DNA of 38,427 nt from an uncultured Clostridia bacterium (GCA_948528155.1 CAOSZT010000002.1:1-38427); one strand, 5' to 3'; counted from the stretch's first letter, positions 18,601-26,861 are shown. Notes: generated by a model from the sequence alone, not told the origin. Numbers and translations: made by a program.

Positions 18601-19090
18601 GATTAGATATGATTTTGACGCAGTTGAAAGTTTATCTAATGTACCACTAGACAACTTTACATTTGTTGATGATTTACCTTATGAAAAAGTAAAACTAACA
18701 AAATTATTCACTGGAATTTATACAGATAAAGTTGAATTTGATGTTTACTATAAAACTAATCTTTCAGAAGATTGGATTTTAATAAAAGAAAATTTAGATT
18801 CAACTGTAAATAACTTCATTGATTTTTCAACTCTTGAATTAGCAGAAAATGAAGTAATAACAAGCTTCAAAATGGAATTTGGAACTGTACCAGAATACTT
18901 TAAAGCAAATACAACTCCTTTTATATTTACAAAAGTAAATGCAGACATTAAGCCAGATGATGTATGGACTAACAATGTTCATTTATATGGAACATATTTA
19001 GATGTAAATGTAAAAGATGATTCTGATTGGACTACAAAGACATATAAAAAAGAGCTAACTGTAAAGAAACTACCTCGTACAGGGGAATAG
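15698..19090 (+). CDS. thioester-domain (TED) / Cna-B-repeat surface adhesin with C-terminal LPRTG motif; probable true start ATG 15704
   Basis: Signal peptide ..IAPFMNVVNA. TED-like N-domain with YPAYCVNSDLPG (Cys codon 15956..15958), NGFPY and CATKQAVY (Gln codon 16127..16129). Six Cna-B/SpaA-type repeats, a pilin-like C-domain, then KKLPRTGE-stop. AGGAGG is 1 nt from 15698 and 7 nt from 15704. Confidence 0.85.
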   Translation: MLMKTTTKTTKEKMGIIMIILLLLSSYIAPFMNVVNAYSVSNAYIYPVKEPEYHLQYWSNTRQMWLYVSTTYVGYTGEDGKFYPAYCVNSDLPGVGEYEGYTVTVTEAIQNPEVWRALFNGFPYKTPSELGVENDYDAFCATKQAVYSVLYGYDPSTRYRGGDDRGTRIANAIVSIVNKARSGVGGNYTAPQVSINKIGELTKEGNYYSQTYSVSSNVPLRDYYVYQISGLPSGSYFADINGNQKTNFSAGENFKVYMPQTNIVSNITSYIGVDGSCKSYPALYGKAPNTSVQNYALTLDPFENGSADTELNIAPTGKVTIEKTSTANNIWNGVISGSLIPNAKYNLYNSNMNLINTYTTNAQGKIEVSGLSLGKYFIQETTPVPEFTTLNDEIYSFTLDYMGDSKEVKVTNAPVLGGYFSAVKISERNNVWTGTKKGEGVEGAKYGIYDMNENIVKSYATGKELIAVSGKDGKIFDNEKLKIGDYYMQEIEPAPHFKKSDKKYNFKVTENGGYVSVTASNDVEEGGYFNIHKTTNDDNLWTAEVSGSPLANATFKIEYANFEETKTWTVTTNEEGKIVDSNYSTDDLELKLGTYRVYEIKAPNHYELDSTEYYFRITENEQKIYLELENTPEVGNNVKITKVASDKNYITGTEKNQPVAGAKYEVRTDFAEGTEVTKDNFSTGKLVDTLVTDEKGNTKTITVGKGSYFIKEVSVPEGWQLDEKIYQIDVIDNGITHKLELEDEPIPQGFVNINKTALEKNYWTGEEAGTPLEGVKFELRDKDDNVLLELVTDKNGHFSKDIQLDVGTYYLWEVEAPEHYILSDEPDVFVIEKNGQKVTIDITNKVEPAGFVDVSKTPSKDNEITGEKEDTFLPNAVYRVENVDTDEFIVDLKTTAEGHLEEKLMLGAGNYRIFEIESPNYYLIDSSTYYFTVKENGQEVCFDFKDNPVEVKVNVEKSGIVQAQPNDEIRYDFDAVESLSNVPLDNFTFVDDLPYEKVKLTKLFTGIYTDKVEFDVYYKTNLSEDWILIKENLDSTVNNFIDFSTLELAENEVITSFKMEFGTVPEYFKANTTPFIFTKVNADIKPDDVWTNNVHLYGTYLDVNVKDDSDWTTKTYKKELTVKKLPRTGE
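16643..18547 (+). repeat. six tandem Cna-B / SpaA-type Ig-like repeats inside the adhesin gene (protein-level repeat)
   Basis: Recurring ~105-aa units: [VI]-x-[IV]-x-K-[TV] ... G-[AV]-K-[YF] ... G-x-Y-x-x-x-E-x-x-[AV]-P-x-x-[YFW] ... N-x-P. Cores are GKYFIQETTPVPEF, GDYYMQEIEPAPHF, GTYRVYEIKAPNHY, GSYFIKEVSVPEGW, GTYYLWEVEAPEHY, GNYRIFEIESPNYY. Confidence 0.75.
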
Positions 19091-19094
19091 AAGA

Positions 19095-19129
19095 ATAGGG
19101 CTAGTTTAGATAATCTATTCTAGCCTTAT
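19095..19129 (+). terminator. weak terminator-like hairpin after the adhesin stop
   Basis: ATAGGGCTAG / CTAGCCTTAT, 10 bp with one G-U pair. No clean T-tract, so read-through into the ArdC array is plausible. Confidence 0.35.
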
Positions 19130-19204
19130 ATATTATTTAAACAAGAATTTATTAACCTAAATTTTTATTTAAGTAATATATGAAACAAAAGAAAAGGTGT
19201 CAAA

Positions 19205-19895
19205 ATGAAGGAAAATAAGGAATATGAAGAATTTTTAAAAGAATTAGATTTAGGTACTGGAAGATATAAAAAGAAAGATGTTTTTAAAGATTTTATTATT
19301 ATATTAGCATTAGGAATTGATAATAAATATTATAAAAACAATGAAAGTGAAAAAGTTGCTTGTCAAATAGTAGAAAAATATACAAATAGCGAAAGAGAAA
19401 GATTTTTTCTTTTATCATATAAATTAAAAGAGATGTATAACAAAAAAAATGAAATTGTTGATATTTTAGGCGATATATATATGCAATTAAATGCACAAAA
19501 TAAAGAATTAGGACAAGATTTTACTTCTTATAGTATTACAAAATGTATGACAGAGCAACTTGAAATAGATGATAAGGTAATTAAAGAAAAAGGATATATG
19601 ACATTAATAGAACCAAGTTGTCGGATCAGGTGCATTAATATTATCAATGGCAAACAAACTAAAAACGAAAGGATATGATTATACAAGTGAAATGTTGGTA
19701 ATTGCAAGTGATGTGGATTCAATATGTGCTTATATGACTTATATACAACTTTATATTTATAACATACCAGGTGTAGTAAAGATAGAAAATTCATTAACAA
19801 AAGAAAGTAGAAAAGTATTTTATACACCAAGATTATTAGATGGTAGAAATATAGAAAATTTACAACAGACAGAAGAAAAAGAATTAGGAGAGTGA
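19205..19895 (+). pseudogene. N6-adenine-methylase-like (gamma-class motif X and I-III) gene interrupted by a +1 frame break at nt 19622; no NPPY motif
   Basis: ORF 19205..19678 has LGDIYMQL...LGQDFTSYSITKCM and ..LIEPSC. Frame 3 continues GSGALILSMANKL...VIASDVD...IENSL. Skipping C19622 (AGT TGT c GGA TCA GGT) restores the canonical EPSCGSG motif I. Confidence 0.65.
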
Positions 19896-19901
19896 TTATG
19901 T

Positions 19902-20924
19902 ATGCCTGTTAATACAAAAGAAAAAGTAAAAAAAGAAAATAAAAAGAAAAATGCAAAACAAATCATAGAGGAAAACAGAAAGAAAATTGTTGAAAAATTA
20001 ATTTCTAATATGGAAAAAGGATATATATTTTCAGAATGGGCGTGGAATAAACAAGCTTTTATTCCTAGAAATGCTGTAACTGGAACAAAGTATCAAGGAA
20101 TAAATAGATTAAATTTAAGTTTTGCTTCAATGGAAAATGGATATGAAGATCCTAGATGGCTAACATTTAAAAAAATACAGGAAATGGGATATAAATTAAA
20201 AGAAGGTTCAACAGGAGTATTCTGTGAAAAATGGATATGGCAAAAAGTACAAAAAGTTGTAAATCAAGAAACAGGAGAAGTTGAAAAAGATGAAAACGGA
20301 AAAGAAAAATATGAAATAGTAGAACTAAAAAGACCAATAATTAATTATTTTTATTTATACAATGCTAGTCAAATTGAAGGAATAGAACCATATATCAGTA
20401 ATGAAAAGATTGAAAAGTCAGATATAACAAATGTTGCAGACAGTTTTATGGTATCTTCAGAATGTCCTATAAAGGAAAAATTTCAAGATAGAGCTTTTTA
20501 TAGTCCAATGGAAGATAGTATAACACTACCACCTAGAAGATTTTTTAAATCAGATGAAGCTTTTTTAGGAACACTTTTACACGAAATGAGCCATAGTACA
20601 GGACACGAAAGTAGATTAAACAGAGATATAAAAAATAAATTTGGAACAGAAAAATATGCAATGGAAGAACTAACAGCTGAATTATCTTGTGTATTTTTAG
20701 AAGCAGAACTTGATATGAATTTAGATTTTACTAGACAAGAGCATATTAATTATTTTAGTTCGTGGATTAAAGCATTAAAAAATGATCCTAATGAATTATA
20801 TAAGGTGTGTAGTAATGCTAGTAAAAGTTGTAATAGGTTAATGGAGAATTATGAAAAAGTGATAGCTTTTGAAAATAAACAAGAAAAAAATAAAGATGAA
20901 GAAGAGATGGAAGAAGCTATCTAA
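19902..20924 (+). CDS. ardC: ArdC-type anti-restriction protein (N-terminal ssDNA-binding domain plus C-terminal zincin metalloprotease)
   Basis: ArdC-N-like WNKQAFIPRNAVTGTKYQGINRLNL...DPRWLTFKKIQEMGYKLKEGS and metallopeptidase motif LLHEMSHSTGHESRL. Confidence 0.85.
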   Translation: MPVNTKEKVKKENKKKNAKQIIEENRKKIVEKLISNMEKGYIFSEWAWNKQAFIPRNAVTGTKYQGINRLNLSFASMENGYEDPRWLTFKKIQEMGYKLKEGSTGVFCEKWIWQKVQKVVNQETGEVEKDENGKEKYEIVELKRPIINYFYLYNASQIEGIEPYISNEKIEKSDITNVADSFMVSSECPIKEKFQDRAFYSPMEDSITLPPRRFFKSDEAFLGTLLHEMSHSTGHESRLNRDIKNKFGTEKYAMEELTAELSCVFLEAELDMNLDFTRQEHINYFSSWIKALKNDPNELYKVCSNASKSCNRLMENYEKVIAFENKQEKNKDEEEMEEAI

Positions 20925-20945
20925 AAGAGAAGAGGTACAAAAGAT

Positions 20946-21521
20946 ATGAAAACAATGAAAGATTGGAAAAAATCAGGAATAGATAATTTTGAGGATTTTG
21001 TTTTACCAGGAGATGTAGTTGGAGAAGATTTTATAGAATACTTTAGAAATTTAACAACTCCAAAGATAGATAATACTTATATAATGCAAATGGGAGAGCC
21101 ACAAAATGTTATTGATAAAAAATATGTATATATGACTTTTACAAAGGAATGTAAAGGTTGGGTATATAGAGGAAATTGTTATAAAGGCGAAAAACAAACA
21201 CTTTTTGAAAAATGGTTAAATACTTTTATAGAAGAAAAAGACATTGATATTTTAGAAGAATTTAAAAGTACAAAAGATGGTATATCAAAAATATTTACAT
21301 ATGAAGAGGTATTAAATAACTTTAAAATGACATCAGAAAGAGAACAACAAGAGATAAAAGAAAAAATGATAAAAATTGATTTTTATAATGCAGATGTTAA
21401 AGAGTTCATAAGACATATGTCAAGGGCATTATTACCAAGTCGAGAAGAAGTTAAAAAATTAGAAGAAATATATGGAAAGAGTATTAATTTGGAAATTGAA
21501 GATGAAGAGGAAAGTATATGA
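20946..21521 (+). CDS. hypothetical protein (191 aa)
   Basis: GAGGT RBS. Acidic tail. No motif recognised. Confidence 0.65.
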   Translation: MKTMKDWKKSGIDNFEDFVLPGDVVGEDFIEYFRNLTTPKIDNTYIMQMGEPQNVIDKKYVYMTFTKECKGWVYRGNCYKGEKQTLFEKWLNTFIEEKDIDILEEFKSTKDGISKIFTYEEVLNNFKMTSEREQQEIKEKMIKIDFYNADVKEFIRHMSRALLPSREEVKKLEEIYGKSINLEIEDEEESI

Positions 21522-22654
21522 GTGAAAAAGTTCAATATAGTGCTATAGTAAAAGCAAAAGTTAAAAATATAAATGATAAAGAAGAAAGTGATTTATATTT
21601 ATTATGCAGACAATATAGTGATGAAAAAAAAGTAAAAATTGAAAATGAAGGATTAGATATTATTTTAGATAAAGGTTCTTTTGAAGACTTAGTATTTTTG
21701 AATGATTGTGAAATTTTAGAATTTGAACATATCGCTAATGTCTATAGTATATCAGAACTTAAAGAATTTTGTGATAAATATAATTTAACTGATATTAGTA
21801 AATGTATGAAAGGAAAACAACTAGATTGCTGTGGACTATTAATAAATGAGTATTTAGAGCCTTTAGGTTATGAAGAAGAGTTAGAAGACTATGAGATTGA
21901 ATATAATAAGACTGTTTCAAGACAAATAAGAGATGAAAAAAAATACCAAGCAAAGGGAGAAATAATACAAGGTTTATCAGAAGAAGAAATATACGAAATA
22001 ATTGGTGGATATTTAAAATCACTTTTAGAAGAACAAGATATAAATACAGATATAGTAGATATTCAAATTATAGGATCAAGACATAAAGGAATTGCAAAAG
22101 ATACTTCAGACTTAGATGTATTAATAGAATTTAACAATGATAGATATGGGGAAGATAGCCTATTTAATAGTTTAAATGATGAAGAAAACAGATTAGAAAT
22201 TAATGGAATACCTGTTGACTTCAATCCGATTACTCCATCAAAATCTGGAACAATAGATGAATGGCTACAAAGAAATTATAATTATGATAAGTACAAAGAA
22301 AATATGAAAGAATATGCAAGATATATTATTGATTGTTTAAAAGAAAAATTTAAAGATGAAATTAGTTATGTATATAAAATTACTTTTTTAAGAGATGAGA
22401 AGAATGATAGATATACTGTTTCTTTGGCAATAGATATAGATAATAATGGAAATAAAAATCAAATAAATTTTATTTCTGCTAATAAATTTTATAAAATGAA
22501 TCACAATGAGCAAGTAAAATATATTGGGAATTTTTATAATGCGTCTATCATAGGAAAAAGAAAAGAAGAGTTTGGATATGATGAAGCAAAAAAAGATTTT
22601 TTACTAATGTGTGATTTTAATTATACAAGAGATAAAGAAGAGGAGGAATTATAA
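21518..22654 (+). CDS. nucleotidyltransferase-domain protein (minimal pol-beta-fold NTase core embedded in a 378-aa protein)
   Basis: IIGSRHKGIAKDTSDLDVLIEF ... PVDFNPI fits the G-S-x(9-13)-D-x-D plus third acidic residue signature. ATGA overlap with the upstream gene. Confidence 0.6.
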   Translation: MSEKVQYSAIVKAKVKNINDKEESDLYLLCRQYSDEKKVKIENEGLDIILDKGSFEDLVFLNDCEILEFEHIANVYSISELKEFCDKYNLTDISKCMKGKQLDCCGLLINEYLEPLGYEEELEDYEIEYNKTVSRQIRDEKKYQAKGEIIQGLSEEEIYEIIGGYLKSLLEEQDINTDIVDIQIIGSRHKGIAKDTSDLDVLIEFNNDRYGEDSLFNSLNDEENRLEINGIPVDFNPITPSKSGTIDEWLQRNYNYDKYKENMKEYARYIIDCLKEKFKDEISYVYKITFLRDEKNDRYTVSLAIDIDNNGNKNQINFISANKFYKMNHNEQVKYIGNFYNASIIGKRKEEFGYDEAKKDFLLMCDFNYTRDKEEEEL

Positions 22655-23992
22655 ATGGAGAATGTAAATAATGAAAATATCAAGCTTCTTTTTTATGAAG
22701 GAATAAATTTTTTACAATTCCAAATTGAATTACTTGCAGAGAAAAATGAAAATTTAAAAAATTATACATATATTCAATATATTGAAAAAAATACACCACT
22801 AATAGTAAATGAAACAATTACAAAGATAATAAATAAAGATGATTTTACAGAAAAAGTTACAAAACTGGCAAATATATTTACTGATATAAAAGATTATATG
22901 CAGTTAAAAGTAAAAGAGATTGAAAACAGTAAATTGTATATAACGAAAGAACTTCAAGATGTTTTTACAGACTATACAAATATGTTATTTAATAATTTAG
23001 ATAGTTTTGATTTACACGAAAGCTTTAAAGGTTGGACTGAAGATGGCACAATTTATAATACAAGAGCAGAAGAACGTATAATTTCTTCTCATAGAGCAGG
23101 AACAGAAACGTTATTATTAAATCACTTTGCAGAGAATTTAGATAAGTTTACTTGGCAACTTGCAGATTTATTAGATGAATTTTTGCAACTAACAAAAGAC
23201 AATAATAGAGAAGAAAAACCAGAACTTAATAAAGAAATTATGACTAACTTAATAAAAATGAAAGACGATTTTAAAGTAGGAGATAAAAAAACATTTTTAT
23301 ACAAAAATAGTAATGGCAATATATGGGAACTTACTATAAGAAGAGAAGAAGAAATATATGAACCTTTTAAATTTGCAATAGTAGGAACAAAAGTAGGTAC
23401 AAATCAAACTTGGAGTAGAAGATATACAGATATAAAAAAAGCACTTTTACATATAGTAAATGATTTTAATGAAAATGCTAATATAAAAAATAGATATAGT
23501 AATATAGAAGAATACTTAAACGAAAAAATTAAATTAATATATAAATACGAAGAAAATGGCAATTACTATTATGAAGATGAAAATGAGAATTTATATTGTG
23601 AAAATGGAAATCAAAATGTAGGCGAAATATGTTTAATGTATTGCACAAAAGAGTATGGAGAGCCTATATGCGAGGTTGAAAATTTAGAAAAATATGAATT
23701 AGTTAATAATCCAAAAAATAATCCTAATTATGAAAGAAAAAAAGCTAACGAATATAATTATATGATGTTAGATAGATTAAGATCTGATTGTGATTACTTT
23801 TTAGGCAATGGAAATGGATTTTTAGGTCATCTTTATTACAAAGATATAGATAAACATATAGAAGAAATGAAGAAAATATATGAAGCTTTTTCAAATGAAG
23901 AAAAACCAGAATGGATAAGCTTAGAGGATATAAATAATTATAAAGAAAGAATGTGTGAAATGTTAGAAAAGAATGAGGAAGAAGAAATATGA
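22655..23992 (+). CDS. hypothetical protein (445 aa) with a conserved-looking C-terminal module
   Basis: GAGGAGG RBS. C-terminal YNYMMLDRLRSDCDYFLGNGNGFLGHLYYKDIDKHIEEMKKIY..KPEWIS resembles a module I recall from conjugative-element polyvalent proteins. Name not verifiable here. Confidence 0.65.
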   Translation: MENVNNENIKLLFYEGINFLQFQIELLAEKNENLKNYTYIQYIEKNTPLIVNETITKIINKDDFTEKVTKLANIFTDIKDYMQLKVKEIENSKLYITKELQDVFTDYTNMLFNNLDSFDLHESFKGWTEDGTIYNTRAEERIISSHRAGTETLLLNHFAENLDKFTWQLADLLDEFLQLTKDNNREEKPELNKEIMTNLIKMKDDFKVGDKKTFLYKNSNGNIWELTIRREEEIYEPFKFAIVGTKVGTNQTWSRRYTDIKKALLHIVNDFNENANIKNRYSNIEEYLNEKIKLIYKYEENGNYYYEDENENLYCENGNQNVGEICLMYCTKEYGEPICEVENLEKYELVNNPKNNPNYERKKANEYNYMMLDRLRSDCDYFLGNGNGFLGHLYYKDIDKHIEEMKKIYEAFSNEEKPEWISLEDINNYKERMCEMLEKNEEEEI

Positions 23993-24945
23993 GTAATAAA
24001 AATTATAAATATGATGGAACAGATACTTTCCCTAAAAAAATAAGAACATCAGATGGTTATATTTTAACAAAAGTAAATGATGGAATATATGAAAATAATT
24101 TTTTACCACAATATAGATATAAAAGAGGAGAGGTTACTCTGATTCCTGATGTAGAAAAATATGAAGTTATAATTGAAAAGAATGAATATAGATTTTATAT
24201 CTATGATTGGATACTAGGACAACAGTTAATAACCATAGACACGGATAAGAAAAAAAGTAAAATAGATGGCTTTAATATATATGGTCAATGCTATTCATTG
24301 GGAGATAAATGGAAAAAAATAACTTCAGCTATGATAAAAAGGACTACACAAAGAATTGGCTATCTTTATGACGATTTTATAGAAAAGCATTTTGTAAATC
24401 CTAATTACCATTTGTATAAAAAACTATTGTTTAAATCAAATGACTATAACGAATGTATAAAATTTTTAGCTGATTATGGAGCTGAAAATCTTAATAATAG
24501 TATATATAAGGGCGAAGAATATGACAAAATATATAAAGAATATTATAAATCCTATTTGGATATTCCAGAAAACAAAATTGGAGAGATACTAAAAGATGGA
24601 ACTGTAAGAAAAGAGTATTTTCAAGAAGGGCATATATATAAAAATATTTGTAATTTTTATAGACAAGATGGAATTTGTTACATTGCAGAAGGACAAGCAG
24701 ATAAAATAGATAAAAATAGCAAACTAGGAGAAGACTATGAAACATATCAAACAATATATGAAAAAGTAAAAGAAGCTTATGAAAAAGCAGGAATCAATGA
24801 AAAGAAATACAAGCTTAAAGATTTTGTAGCAACAATATTTAATGATTTGAATTGGCAATCAGTTGAAGCTTTAACAATGGATTCAATTGAAGCATTAGAT
24901 GATGAATATTTTTTGGATTATGAAGAAGAGCTTGAAAAGGAGTAA
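23989..24945 (+). CDS. hypothetical protein (318 aa)
   Basis: ATGA overlap with the upstream gene. GAGGAA RBS. Confidence 0.65.
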   Translation: MSNKNYKYDGTDTFPKKIRTSDGYILTKVNDGIYENNFLPQYRYKRGEVTLIPDVEKYEVIIEKNEYRFYIYDWILGQQLITIDTDKKKSKIDGFNIYGQCYSLGDKWKKITSAMIKRTTQRIGYLYDDFIEKHFVNPNYHLYKKLLFKSNDYNECIKFLADYGAENLNNSIYKGEEYDKIYKEYYKSYLDIPENKIGEILKDGTVRKEYFQEGHIYKNICNFYRQDGICYIAEGQADKIDKNSKLGEDYETYQTIYEKVKEAYEKAGINEKKYKLKDFVATIFNDLNWQSVEALTMDSIEALDDEYFLDYEEELEKE

Positions 24946-24956
24946 TAAAATATATT

Positions 24957-25166
24957 ATGAAAAAGGAAAGTATAAAAGAGAAAATAGAAAACTGTTTATT
25001 TGTATTAGATTTTGATACACAAAGAATGAGTACAGGTGGAAGGGAATCTTATAATGAATTAAAAAAAATTGTGGTGGATTTATATAATGATAATATTAGA
25101 ATGATAGATCAAATCAGAAGTTATGGAATAGAAAATGCTAAAAATGAGGAGAAGGAAGAAATATGA
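24957..25166 (+). CDS. hypothetical small protein (69 aa)
   Basis: ORF between coupled genes. AGGAG 14 nt upstream. Acidic tail. Confidence 0.5.
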   Translation: MKKESIKEKIENCLFVLDFDTQRMSTGGRESYNELKKIVVDLYNDNIRMIDQIRSYGIENAKNEEKEEI

Positions 25167-25954
25167 GTTACGAAATAGTAAAAAGTGTAGTAATAAAAGA
25201 TGGAAAGGTTTATACAAGACAAGAAAGTAATAATGTATCTCCAAAAGATTTTTGTAGTTGTGAGAATCCTGGTCTAACTAAACTATTAAAAAATAATGGA
25301 ACGATTGCAATATATAAATTATTAATAGAATTGAGTTTAGAAGGTTCAGTACATTTTAGTGTATCTGGAAATAAAATTGTAAATCAATTAAATCAAATCT
25401 CTAACAGTTTATATAATGATGAAAATTATAAAAAGATAAAAAATAAAGTTGATGAATTAGAGAACAAAATATGGAAATGTGAAGATGAAAAAGAAAAAGA
25501 CACTATAAGGGAAGAATTAGGTAGTAAAAGGCAAATTTTAGAAACATATATAGATCAGTATGTTAGAAGTTGCTTTAATGAAAAAATAAAAATTCCACAA
25601 TCAATAAAACAAGAACTAAATAATGTAAAAGAGATGTATGAAGAAGATTTAGAAAATGACGAAGAAGATGTATTTGGTGGAACAGAGGATAGTTATGCTA
25701 ATGAAATGTTAGGACAACATTTATATGATGTTTTTAATCAAGAAAACATAGAGAAAATTATGGCATTAAACAACAATATGTATACAGTATTAGATATAAA
25801 TTATAGAAACAAGAGTTATGAAGAAATACGAGATCAAATAACAGATAAATTAATAGAAAAGACAACTTATAATATTGATAATTTAGGTAGTTTTATAGAG
25901 GTAATAGAAGATGAAAAAGAGAAAGGAGAAGTTGATGAGCAAGATATTCTTTAA
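25163..25954 (+). CDS. hypothetical protein (263 aa)
   Basis: ATGA overlap. GAGGAGAAGGA RBS. Confidence 0.65.
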   Translation: MSYEIVKSVVIKDGKVYTRQESNNVSPKDFCSCENPGLTKLLKNNGTIAIYKLLIELSLEGSVHFSVSGNKIVNQLNQISNSLYNDENYKKIKNKVDELENKIWKCEDEKEKDTIREELGSKRQILETYIDQYVRSCFNEKIKIPQSIKQELNNVKEMYEEDLENDEEDVFGGTEDSYANEMLGQHLYDVFNQENIEKIMALNNNMYTVLDINYRNKSYEEIRDQITDKLIEKTTYNIDNLGSFIEVIEDEKEKGEVDEQDIL

Positions 25955-26411
25955 AAGATTATTAGAAGAAACATTAATAGCAAATGAAATGGAAATTTCA
26001 GAACAAGAAAAAGAAGAGTTTATAAATAATTGTGAAATTTTGACATCAGATATTTATTTTTACTATAACTTATTATTAAATACAAAAGATAGAGTTGGGA
26101 TTATATATTTAAAAGAGAAATATCCTAATAATTTTATTGTAAATGGACTATTAGAAAGTCAAATAAAGTATTTTGAGTTAAATAAGAAAGATAATGAAGA
26201 TTTATATTTCAAATTTTGTGATATATTCATAAGTTTTTATGGATTGGATCATAAAGATGTAAAAGAAAAATTGGAAAATATGACAAAAAGAGAAACTAGA
26301 AATAGATTTTGTGAGTGTAATAAAGAACGAATCAAAGAGTATGAAGAAAAATATTCAAATTTAGTAAAAGAATATAAAATGAAAGAGCAAGAGGAAATTA
26401 CTTTAATATAA
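25935..26411 (+). CDS. hypothetical protein (158 aa from ATG 25935; ORF track start 25911)
   Basis: AAGGAGAAG lies 4 nt upstream of ATG 25935, whereas 25911 has no RBS. Confidence 0.6.
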   Translation: MSKIFFKRLLEETLIANEMEISEQEKEEFINNCEILTSDIYFYYNLLLNTKDRVGIIYLKEKYPNNFIVNGLLESQIKYFELNKKDNEDLYFKFCDIFISFYGLDHKDVKEKLENMTKRETRNRFCECNKERIKEYEEKYSNLVKEYKMKEQEEITLI

Positions 26412-26507
26412 AAAGTAACTACAAGCTATTTTTTACGGCTTTCAGAATATTAAAAAATTTGTCGAAAAATAATATACTATAATTATAAAAAAGAAAGGTA
26501 GTATGTT

Positions 26508-26858
26508 ATGGAATTAGCAGTAGATTATTTAAGTATTGGAGATAGAATAAGAGAAAGAAGAAAATTTTTAAAATTAAGTCAAGAAAATTTAGCAAATGAA
26601 ATTGGTGTTTCTGCTTCATTTATATCTGATATTGAAAACGGAAGAAGAAAAATGAGTTTAGAAACAATGATAAAAATATCAATAGCACTAGATACAAGTT
26701 TAGATTATTTAGTTTTAGATAATAGAAATAGTCATAAAATAAAAAGTGAAACTAAGCTAGTAGAATTAAAAGGTATGCTAGAAAAAGTAGACATTGAAGC
26801 AGGAGAATTATTTTTAGATTTAACATTAAATTCTGCAAAGTTTTTAGCAAATAGATAA
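26508..26858 (+). CDS. XRE-family helix-turn-helix transcriptional regulator (116 aa)
   Basis: LSQENLANEIGVSASFISDIENGRRKMSLETMIKISIALDTSLDYLV is a canonical HTH_XRE. Own RBS AAAGGTAG. Sits directly upstream of promoter cassette 3. Confidence 0.85.
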   Translation: MELAVDYLSIGDRIRERRKFLKLSQENLANEIGVSASFISDIENGRRKMSLETMIKISIALDTSLDYLVLDNRNSHKIKSETKLVELKGMLEKVDIEAGELFLDLTLNSAKFLANR

Positions 26859-26861
26859 ATA

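Noticed and set aside
19088-19135. Stop-codon read-through or frameshift restoring a membrane anchor after LPRTGE.
   Set aside because: None of the three forward frames downstream of TAG 19088 encodes a hydrophobic segment. Each stops within about 12 codons.
19152-19179. A possible separate promoter (TTAACC-16-TAATAT) for the ArdC array.
   Set aside because: It is a weak match in AT-rich sequence, of a kind expected by chance. Read-through from cassette 2 across the weak hairpin at 19095..19129 is at least as likely, so it is not reported as a feature.
25911-25934. Upstream ATG starts from the ORF track at 25911, 29657, 32709, 35582 and 36783.
   Set aside because: Each lacks a Shine-Dalgarno sequence. 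A downstream in-frame ATG (25935, 29678, 32749, 35633, 36801) has a well-spaced AGGAG-type RBS or an ATGA overlap with the preceding stop.
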